A program made the position numbers and the translations under genes. Positions 52,392 through 63,667 of a DNA stretch of 64,000 nt are shown piece after piece (the stretch's first letter is position 1; each line of letters opens with the position of its first letter). The DNA is taken from the NCBI GenBank assembly GCA_002245135.1, contig NGBS01000583.1, positions 124,001-188,000 of the forward strand. The letters run 5' to 3'. This DNA comes from Proteromonas lacertae (Eukaryota). The notes beneath the pieces were generated by a model. That model did no database searches, had not been told where the DNA came from, and saw only the letters and a list, made by a program, of their open reading frames with translations.

Positions 52392-52629
52392 ATAATCTAC
52401 AATAATATATTGGTTATGATTTGACTTCTGTATTTGTATTTTCTAATATTACTTATTCATACATTCTAATTTTGTTTAAAAATGCAATCTGAAAGTATGA
52501 TGTACCCATCATCTCTTGTGTATCTTTCGTATTTTTATGTTGTAATAAAAAATGGTTTGACTCGAGTGATTTGTAACGATTCAAAAATATTCAAAGTAGG
52601 TTTTTTAATTCTGGAGTAAATAAATAGAA

Positions 52630-54843
52630 ATGACGTTGCAAGAAAATTATAATCTGTACATTAAAATAGATAGTTTAACAGGAATCGAGAATGTAAAGAC
52701 ACCTTACATCAGATTGATTCTAGACGATCAAAAATTTGCCACTGATGTTGGTAAGAATAATAGTATATCTAATTCGAAATTATTATTTAGAATGGGATGA
52801 AACAATTCTCATACCGTTGTTAGATAAAGGTTTTGAAGATAAAATCCTACAAATATCTTTATATAAAAGTAAGTCATTTTCAAGAGCAAATTTAATTTCT
52901 ACTGTGCAGTTCCCAGTAAAAACATTAACAAATGGTGAACTATTTGATGATAATATAACATTTAAAGATGGTGATAAAGAGCTAGGAAAATTAAAAGTTG
53001 TGATACAATTAGAAACACCATTTACACTGTATTTACCTCCACCAACTATTCCAAGTCGACCTCCAGATTGTATTTCGTTATTCATAGATCATGGTGAAAG
53101 AATCGTACAGAAACAAATTATTGGGACACAACTTGTGTTTTGTGTTATTACATTTTTAGGTGTTGATTATCAAACGAAAGAAGTATTATCCAGTAATGTT
53201 GATCCAATATGGAAATCAAGAATTATAATACCAGTGAAGAAAGTGATTGATTATGAAAGTGATTTTATAAAAATAGAATTAGCTACTTCCAATATTGTTG
53301 GTGCTACTTCATTAGGTTCGGAGACAATTAATCTAAAGAAATATGTTGATGGTAATTTGTTTGAAGAGAAAATTGAAATAAGAGATCAGTATTATTATTA
53401 TTTTAATATTAATTAGAAAAGGATTTTTGAATGGAGTAATATTTGGCAAAATTCAATTAATTTACAATACAACAATCCGAAGATCAAGCGCATTGAGTGG
53501 AGATCGAGCACATAAGAAAACAACAGATATTGAAGAATTAATGAAGAAAGCAAATGAATATCAAAAAGATGCACAAAAAATATTCAGAGCTCATACACTA
53601 TCAGTAACTAGTTCATCTGATGGAGTAGATACTTTACCATTACATGAAATGGTTATTATAATGCAAGAAGTAGGAATGAGTAAGGAAGATCAAGATGAAT
53701 GGATTAAAAATGCAAAAACCAAGTCTAAAGACCCAAAGAATTTGACATTTAATTATAGTGAATTTTTAGTATGGTATTTAGGAATGAAACAGAAGAAAGG
53801 AGATAATATTCCAATAGCTAATAATTTACCAAATACTACTACTTGTCCATCCTGTCAATTTGTATAAATAATTCTCTTTTTTTAACTCTATATTTTATTT
53901 AGACATGTCCAACTCCATCTGGTGTTGCTTCATTTGAATGCCCAGTTTGTCATGATAAAATATATTCACCCATCTTAAATGCAGCACAAATGATTCAAGA
54001 TCTGAGTGAGAATAAAGGTCAGATAATTATATGTAAGATGTTGTTAGAAGAATGGTTTGATGCTATTGATACACTAGGAAATGGAGTGTTGGACGAATTT
54101 GATGGAATAAAATTATTCACAGCTTTACACTTTCCAGATCCAAGTATATACTTATATATATATATTTATTATTATTTATAAATATATGTATAGAGAGTGC
54201 ATGGTCTAAGATGATGATTTTGAATAAATTAAGACCAGATGAAGGTATTTCAAAGAAACAGTGGATAGATTATACATTTTCAATGTTAGATAAAGATTCA
54301 ATGGGAATTCCAACAGATCAATCAATAAATACAATAAAAGGAGAAATAGTGAAAATAAAGAGTATATTGTGTAGATGGACTTGCACTAATTGTAACACAA
54401 TTAATAATCAAAAAGATAATGTATGTCCAAAATGTGGAGAACCTTCTCCACTGCCTTCTGATAAAGGTAAGATGTATTTTGGAAGGATGATTACCAATGA
54501 TCATGAAATTGGTTCACAAGATATCAAAATGGAAATTCAAAGAAGTGATACTACTATACAAGGTAAATATTGGGCTAAAGCGGTAGATGCACCAAATTTT
54601 GGTGAACCATTATCATTGGTAGGCTTTGTAGAAACGAATGGCACTCTATCTATGAAATTATATGAAGGAAATAATCATTTAGGTTATATTAATGGTACAT
54701 TTAGTGGTAACACTATAAAGTTTGTTTATGCTGATTCTTGTGGTTTGAATGGTACAGGAACAGTTAATTCAATTAATAAAAGTGATGGTAGTGACCTTCC
54801 TGTTTCTAGTGAAGCAAACAGTAAAGCTTGTGTTATCTTCTAA
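52630..54843 (+). CDS. Tandem C2-domain, EF-hand-like, RanBP2-type zinc finger protein with CAAX box
   Basis: Two C2-like segments (WDETILIP; DPIWKSRIIIP), EF-like DTLGNGVLDEFD, CPSC..CPVC, WTCTNCNTINNQKDNVCPKC, terminal CVIF. Confidence 0.7.
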
Positions 54844-54944
54844 CTATGATATATTTATATATTAATAATTACTCTTTCATTGTTGATTTAATTTGCTTTT
54901 TTGACTATATAAGTTTGATTCCTATCAAACCTTTTCATAATTAA

Positions 54945-55758
54945 ATGGCTGATTTTCTTCATTTAGGTATTGTTAATTCCATTATTTATAGATCGAGAGA
55001 ATTTATATAATGAATTAGTTGAAAAATATCCAACATCAAGTAGTTCTGATATAGCCAAAGTTGAAAGAGAAGAAAAGAATCTTACTAGAAGTATTTATAT
55101 ATACGGTGAGATAAATTACAAGCCATACGCTGATACTTTAGAAAAAGTAATATAGAATTACATATTTTTTTTAGATTGATAAAAATATCATAAATTGACA
55201 AAAGATGATGTATTATTGGATTTAGGATCAGGTACAGGAAAAGGAGTATTTGCAGCAAGTCTTATATTCAATTTTAAAAAGTGTATAGGAATAGAAGTAT
55301 TATTTATCTCAATATTTGTATTAGATTTTGGAGTCATTATATGGTCTATCATTAGAAATGAAAAAACAGTGGGATTCATCTGTATATTTTTAGATATCAA
55401 TAAATAGATAAAAAGAAGATTAGAAACAGGCTCATTTTGTGATAGTATAAAAATTATAATATTATATGAATAAATAGATATTGAACTTCTACTGGGAGAT
55501 TTTACTAAAATAGATTGGAGTGATTCAACTATTATTTTTGCCAATAGTACATGCTATGATGGTGTAGTATGTTGCAAATATATTTAGTTATTATAGTTAA
55601 TGAATCAAATAGCAAATAAAGCATCAAGTTTACAATCTGGAACAATTTTCATCACAACAACTAAAAAAATACCATCATTTGATTGGGAACTATTGGATGA
55701 ATCAGAATATATAATGAGTTGGGGTAAAGCTACAGTGTATATTCAAAGAAAGAAATAA
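54945..55758 (+). CDS. DOT1-like class I SAM methyltransferase
   Basis: Spliced model: YGEI, LDLGSGTGKGV, CIGIE, GDFTKIDWSDSTIIFANSTCY, MSWGKATVYIQ; six short introns. Confidence 0.8.
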
Positions 55759-55871
55759 ATGTTTGTTAATTCAGTTAATTTTTCTATTTTTCCTGATTAA
55801 TTCTGTGTGTTTTTTAAATATACACAACAAAACAATAAAATCAATTTTTAATTGGATATATTGCTTTAAAT

Positions 55872-58350
55872 TTATTTCACTAATGAATGAGCTGTGAAGA
55901 ATGGAGCTAAAACCAATGAAATAATTGCACTCAATTTCATCAAAATATTCAATGATGGACCAGATGTATCTTTCAAAGGATCACCTACAGTATCACCAAC
56001 AACAGCAGCTTTATGACTTTCACTACCTTTTCCACCAACATTTCCTTTCTCAATCCATTTCTTAGCATTATCCCAAGCACCACCTGTATTAGAAGCACTA
56101 ATAGCCATTTGAACACCACTTACTAATCCTCCAGCTAATACTCCAGTTAAAGCATCAACACCTAAGAAAAAGCCTGTAATAATAGGAGTTAACATCACTA
56201 ATGCACCAGGAGCAATCATTTCTTTCAAACTTGCATTAGTAGAAATAGCTACACAACGTTGATAATCAGGAACTTCTGGATTTGTTTCATTCATAATATT
56301 AGGATGTTCTCTGAATTGTCTTCTTACTTCTTCCACCATTGATTTAGCTGCTTTACCTACACTCTTCATTGTCATTGCACTGAACCAATAAGGCATCATT
56401 GCACCTACTAATAATCCAGAGAATGTTAATGGTTTTAATACATTCACAGATTCAATACCTGCTTTAGTAACAAATGCACCAAATAAAGCTAAAGAGACTA
56501 ATGAAGCTGAACCAATGGCAAAACCTTTACCAACAGCAGCAGTTGTATTACCTGCAGCATCTAAAGCATCAGTCTTTCTTCTTACACTAGCAGATAATCC
56601 AGTCATTTCAGCAATACCTCCAGCATTATCAGTGATTGGACCATAAGCATCAATAGTCAAAGCTGTACTCATTGTAGATAACATTCCCAAGGCAGCTAAA
56701 GCAACTCCATACATATTACTAAAGTAGAATGATATAAATATGGTAATAGCTAATGCAGCTACTGGAACAATACAAGATTTATATCCCAAAGCCAATCCAA
56801 ATATGATGTTAGTAGCAGCACCAGTTTCACAGGATTCAGATACTTCTTGCACTGGTCTATGTGAATAAGATGTCATATAGTCAGTGTAAAAACCAATTAT
56901 CAAACCACTCCATAAACCAGCTACAACACATCCAAAACATTCCCAATCACTACTGTATTTTCGACATAATGTAGCATTTCCATCTTTATCTAATATCACT
57001 TTCTCTAATACATCTACACAGAATTTTTCTGGTAAGAATGGCCATTGTTAAACCAATCAAAGTAGGAGTCATTAATAGTGTTGAAACAAATAATTGAATT
57101 TTTAAATTTCTTTCAATATGACCTTCTTTCTTCACTTTTAAGAATGGAATTGAAGTTGCAAAGAAACTAGTAACAAATCCAACTAATATACCAGCAGCAC
57201 TGATAGATAATGGGAAAATCAAATATTCCCAATTCTCTTTCACTTCAGGAGATACAGAAGCAATAACTAAAGCAGCACAAGATGATTCAGCAAATGATCC
57301 AAATAAATCTGCTCCCATTCCAGCTACATCGCCTACGTTATCACCTACATTATCAGCAATCACAGCTGGATTTCTAGGATCATCTTCAGGAATACCTTTC
57401 TCTACTTTTCCTACTAAATCAGCACCAACATCAGCAGCTTTAGTGTATATACCACCACCAACTCGTCCAAATAAAGCAGCAAAACTTCCACCTAAACCAT
57501 ATCCAGAGATCATTTCGAATAACAATTCAGCACTATCATATTTCTTATTCCAACCCCAGACTGCTGAATAGATATATATTGTTATATATAATGCAAATAA
57601 ACCTAATGCAGTTAATGAAAATCCCATAACACTTCCAGCTCTAAATGCTGTATTAAATCCTTCTGTCCAACTTACTTCACATTGTACACTAGTTCTGACG
57701 TTACTATATACAGCAATCTTCATTCCAATATATCCACTAATTATTGAAGCAATACCACCCAATAAGAAGGATAATGTGGAGAAGATTGAACTTGTCCAAC
57801 AACTTCCTTTGGTTTTTGCCCATTCACAACCGACTTGTAATACACCTTCAACGCATGTTACATTGTAACCTGGTATTGCTGAGTATTGCTTATGTCCACA
57901 AGTTCCAGCTGATCCAAGGAGGATATAGATCAAAATAGCAAAGCAGAAGATGAATATAAATAATATTTTATATTCTGCTGATAAAAATGCAGAAGCACCA
58001 TCAGAAATGTATTTATGAATAGTCTAGTGTGTTATAACGATATAAAAAGTATACCTTGCAATGCTTTTGTTCTAATCGCAGCAGCTTCTTCAGTGTCTGC
58101 GGCTTCCTCAATCTCTCTAAGTAAATCTTCAGGACAAACCAGACTCTCTACCTTCAACCTGTCTTACATGCGATTCAACCCTAAAAAATAAAATAAACTA
58201 TCATACTTAATTTGTCTAACAATGTAAGTCTGAACAATTGCGAAGATAATGCCTATCACAACAGCAATACTAATCAATATATCAATGTAATGATCCTATA
58301 TAAATATAAATAGTCATTTAAATAAGAAAATATTGAGATTATCATACCAT
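55872..58350 (-). CDS. Membrane H+-translocating pyrophosphatase, K+-dependent type, copy 1
   Basis: [70 protein letters not shown]; first exon is ATG only; apparent +1 insertions near 57044, 58058 and 58135. Confidence 0.93.
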
Positions 58351-58430
58351 ATCCAAAAACTAAGAATGGGCGGGATAGCTTATTTGATCGTTACACAAAC
58401 TTGGTAGTGATTTGTGTGTCTCTTCATTAA

Positions 58431-60041
58431 ATGTTCTGTTTTAGAAGGATTAAACCAAATAAATTCAAATTGAGACCTATTACTCAAGCAAATGTATTGC
58501 ATCATGATAATCTAATGAAGAAGTTCAAGAACATTCGTATATGTAAACCTTTAATTTGTCCTTTTACGATGAATTATCCTCACAGATACTGTAAATATAA
58601 TATACTGATCAATGAATGATAGTTTCAACAAATCAAACACCTCCAAATCAAAAATATTCAACAGCATCACCTCCTTTGGATGGTATGTTGTATGATATTA
58701 TTTTAGATAATAACAATAATACAGAAAATGATACGTTACAAGATGCAAAGTTAATATTTGATGATGTATGGACAAGAATTGAATCAAAATTTGGTGTTAA
58801 TAATATCTCATTTCCACGTGAAGTAATTTGGCTATCAGGTGCTCCAGGTGCAGGTAAAGGGACAATGTCAAACTATATAATGCAAGCCACAGGAATATTT
58901 ATACCTCCGATTGAAACAAGTTCATTATTAAACAAGTATATAATAAAGAAGAAATATTTTTTATTCTATTTTTTTATTATTTAGAGAAGAATTTAGAAAA
59001 AAGATCGATTCAGGAATATTATTAAATGATAGTGATGTTTTACAAGCCTTATTAGAAGAATTATTAAATAAGAAATATGAAGATGGAATTATTGTGGATG
59101 GATTTCCACGAACAGTAATTCAAGCTCATTGTATAAAACTATTGTATGAAAAGATGAGAATATTACGCAAAAACAATGAAAATAATAAAGAATTATTAAC
59201 CAATTACCATAGGCCGAAGTTTCATATTGTTGTATTATATATTGATGAAAAAGAAAGTACTAAAAGGCAATTATATCGAGGTGATATAGTATATTTATAT
59301 ATATATATATATTATTTACTATTTTTTGAATAGGCAAAAATGCATAATGAAAGAGTAAAATTAACAGGAATTGGAAATGAAATAAGCATTCGAAATACTG
59401 ATAATAATATTAAATTAGCTTCAAAAAGATACAAAATATTTAAAAATGAAGTATATAATGCTTTACAAGTTGTGAAAGATGATTTCTATTTTCATTTGAT
59501 TGATGCTAGTGGTACTCCTGATGAAGTATTGAAATTAATTGATGCTGAATTTAAATATCAATCGTCACTTGAATTAGAAGATGATGTATTTGAGAAAATA
59601 AGAAAATTGCCTGTGATTAACCATGTTTTAGTTCATTCTCAGAGTGTATTGTTATTTTTTTTAATCATTTTTGTATAGAATTTAGTAAACAGATTGAATA
59701 CATATGCTTTAGAAAATAAAGAACTGTTACAACAAGTAGTAAATCACATGAAAAAGAATTTCTTACCTATTTTGGAGAAACAAGCGATGGCTGGCACTGC
59801 TATGATTAAAAGTAATGATAAATTACTACAATTTCCAAATGTTGTTGATATGGTTATCGATGTTCTTCATGAAAGAGGTTATTACTGTGCTGTTGATATT
59901 CACAACCAATATATTCCTGTAGCGTTTAATCATGATCTTAACATTGGCGGTAATTGTAAGAGAAGAGTAGATTGTGAAATTGAGAATAGTTATACATTTC
60001 ATATTTCTTTTAATAAACCTACAATTAAGCGTGGGTTTTAA
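58431..60041 (+). CDS. Atypical adenylate-kinase-family protein with mitochondrial-type presequence
   Basis: FPREVIWLSGAPGAGKGT, DGFPRTVIQA; basic N-terminus ending in RYFST after splicing; four introns. Confidence 0.8.
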
Positions 60042-60251
60042 TTTAATATATAATATTATTTTTGGAATTGTATGTTTGGTTTATGAGATATTGAATTAAT
60101 AAAAATATAGCCAGTTTGTGAAGTTGTGAATTTTTTTTATTTCGTGGATTTTGAGGATATTCAATTATAAATATAACAAAATCATTGTTAGTAATTGATT
60201 TATATCCTGTATTTGAACTTTCTTTAAGTATATTATAAATCATCACAATTA

Positions 60252-62750
60252 ATGCTGAAAGCTGTGTTACTTGAAGGATTTGTATTTATTAAATGAATAT
60301 ATTCATTAGACTTCAATAGACTTATTCATAATATCCTGTTTTACTATAGGTTTACTTTTTGCACTTTATCAGACTTTAATAATTAGAAGAATAAAGTATT
60401 AAGATATTTTTATAACATGTGTAGAATTGAATCACATTTAAAGCCACAAATAAGTCATGCTTCTGGAATTGATCTAGATTTGTTGAAATATACTGAAGCT
60501 AATTCAGATACACCAGAAGAAGCACAGAAAAGAACAAATATGTTGAAGAAAATTCATACATATATATCAGAAGGTGCTTCTGCTTTCTTATATTCAGAAT
60601 ATAAAATATTATTGATGTATTTAGTTGTTTTTGCAATTATATTGTATTTACTTCTTGGATCATCAGGAACTTGTGGTGAAAAACAGTTTATGAATCCAAA
60701 TAATCCATATATGAAATGCAATCCTAATAAACCTCAATTAGGATGTATGTGGATTGAAATGAAAGGAAGTTGTTGGGTTAGTTCAATCTATTCAACTATA
60801 TCCTATTTATTAGGATGGTATTGCTTCAATAATTAGTGGATATATTGGAATGAAGATTGCTGTATATAGTAACGTCAGAACTAGTGTACAATGTGAGGTT
60901 GGTTGGACAGAAGGATTTAATACAGCATTTCGAGCTGGAAGTGTTATGGGATTTGTTTTAACATCATTAGGAGTGTTGGTTTTGTATAGTGCTATTTGCA
61001 TTTATTCTGCAATATTTAGTTATAATAATGATCATCATTCTGCAGAGTTTCTTATGGAATTGATTGATGGTTATAGTTTAGGAGGAAGTTCTGTAGCATT
61101 GTTTGCTAGAGTTGGTGGTGGTATTATACACTAAAGCTGCTGATGTTGGTGCTGATTTAGTAGGAAAAGTAGAGAAAGGTATTCCTGAAGATGATCCTAG
61201 AAATCCAGCTGTGATTGCTGATAATGTAGGTGATAACGTTGGAGACGCTGCTGGAATGGGAGCTGATTTATTTGGATCATTTGCTGAATCATCTTGTGCT
61301 GCTTTAGTTATTGCTTCTGTATCTCCTGAAATAAATGAAAAATGGGAATATTTGATTTTCCCATTATCTATCAGTGCTGCTGGTATATTAGTTGGATTTG
61401 TTACTAGTTTCTTTGCAACTTCAATTCCATTCTTAAAAGTGAAGAAAGAAGGTCATATTGAAAGAAATTTAAAAATTCAATTATTTGTTTCAACACTATT
61501 AATGACTCCTACTTTGATTGGTTTGACAATGGCCTTCTTACCAGAAAAATTCTGTGTAGATGTATTAGAGAAAGTGATATTAGATAAAGATGGAAATGCT
61601 ACATTATGTCGAAAATACAGTAGTGATTGGGAATGTTTTGGATGTGTTGTAGCTGGTTTATGGAGTGGTTTGATAATTGGTTTTTACACTGATTATATGA
61701 CATCTTACAATCATGCTCCTGTAAAAGAAGTGGCAGATTCATGTGATGTATATATATATTATTATTTATAAATATAAATCTCTATCAATATAGATCAGTT
61801 CTTCAACTACCATTATGCTTGGATTAGCTTTAGGATATAAATCTTGTATAATTCCTGTATCTTCTCTGTCTTTGACAATATTTATATCATTCTATTTTGG
61901 TAATATGTATGGAGTTGCTTTAGCAGCCTTGGGAATGTTATCTACACTTAGTACAGCTTTAACAATTGATGCATTTGGTCCAATCACTGATAATGCAGGA
62001 GGTATTGCAAGAATGTCAGGTTTAGCTCCTCAAGTGAGAAGAAAAACATATGCGCTTTATATTGCTGGTAATTGTACAGCAGCATTAGGTAAAGGATTTG
62101 CGATTGGTTCTGCTTGTCTTGATAGTTTAGCATTATTTGGTGCATTTGTTACAAAAACAGATATTATTAATGTTGATATTCTCAATCCAATCACATTTTG
62201 TGGATTATTAATTGGAGCAATGATTCCATTTTGGTTTTCATCGTTAGCATTAAAGAGTGTAGGTAAAGCCGCTAAGTCTATAGTGGAAGAAGTGAGAAGA
62301 CAGTTTAAAGAACATCCAAGAATAATGAGTATTAGATATCCTGAAGTTCCTGATTATCAAAAGTGTATTGCTATTGCAACTACAGCTAGTCTGAAAGAAA
62401 TGATCGCACCTGGATCTTTAGTAATGTTATTACCAGTACTTTGTGGGTTTTTCTTAGGTGTAGATGCTTTGACTGGACTTTTGACAGGAATATTAATTAG
62501 TAGTGTTCAAATGGCTATAAGTTCAGCAAATAGTGGTGGTGCTTGGGATAATGCAAAAGTTTGTATAGAAAAGGGATTTGGAGGTAAAAACAGTAGAAGT
62601 TACACAGCTGCTGTTGTTGGTGATGCAGTTGGAGATCCTTTGAAAGATACATCTGGTCCTTCATTGAATATTTTGATGAAATTGAGTGCATCACTGTCAT
62701 TAACACTAGCTCCATTCTTTATGGCACATTCTTTATGGCACATTCTTTAA
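60252..62750 (+). CDS. Membrane H+-PPase, copy 2, with divergent catalytic motifs
   Basis: Full-length paralog of copy 1; three introns; apparent +1 insertions near 60815 and 61125. Confidence 0.88.
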
Positions 62751-62802
62751 CAAAACATTAATATAAATATAGAAAAAACTTAAATTAATAATAGTTAAAT
62801 AT

Positions 62803-63570
62803 TTATAAATTGGTTTTTATATCTAATGGTCTCATTCCATAATACCTTCTGATTCTATTAGTTTCACATACAGTACTGTATAATTCACCATTTTCGTTAA
62901 TGAGTGTTCTACAATGCAAATTATCCCTTTTCAATTCATCTTCTTTGCTGATTATTAAAAGTTTCATCCCCAGTAATTTACGAACTCTATTCGTTTCATC
63001 AATTGAACAGATTATCTCTCCATCATCTGATAGAGTAATATAAGCAATTGGAATTTTTGATTTAGGATTTGGAGGAGGTATTGATACTATTTCCGGTAGT
63101 ATACCTGAAGGTGGAAAAAGAATTAACGATTTTTTTGTTAATTTGATATACTCATATTTAATTTCTGATTCTATATTATATATTATAAACGTCAAACTAT
63201 AAAAAAATATAGATTTATTTATAAAATACTGTTCTTTACATATTGGACAGATTTTATTTATATTTACCCAAGCTTTGATACATTCAAAACAAAATCTATG
63301 GAAACATGGTAAAGCAACTGAAAACTATTTATAAATATATTATATTTAATACTGTATCCCTTTGAAGAGGATTTAAACAAACAGTACAGTCATATTCATT
63401 TAATTCTTCTATTTTTACATATTTTATTGGTTTTTTATAAGCTGATTCAAACATATCATCATCAACATGTTTCTACAATAAAAAATAATTAAAATCTATA
63501 CTCTTTTTCTTGAAATTTTATTATTATCATCCAATTGATCATTATTACTTACTAGATTTATTTTTGACAT
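62803..63570 (-). CDS. C3HC4 RING finger protein with two C-terminal HIND-like motifs
   Basis: Three short GT-AG introns give CTVCLNPL..LPCFHRFCFECIKAW..CPICK, then SIDETNRVRKLLGMKLL and TVCETNRIRRYYGMRPL. Confidence 0.8.
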
Positions 63571-63667
63571 CCTATCACCATCAATACAAGAATAAAAAAG
63601 GAATTAAAAAATTGTAAAACGAATATAATTTTATCAACTATCCATTTCTTTTTTTTGTAGGTTAGAG

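Larger units (their letters stand above)
50413..52421. repeat. Long inverted repeat with ~750-bp arms (50413-51167 and 51670-52421)
   Basis: Arms match by eye except one synonymous change (ACC/ACT) and the inner-edge insertions; identity runs about 30 nt past the stop codons. Confidence 0.9.
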
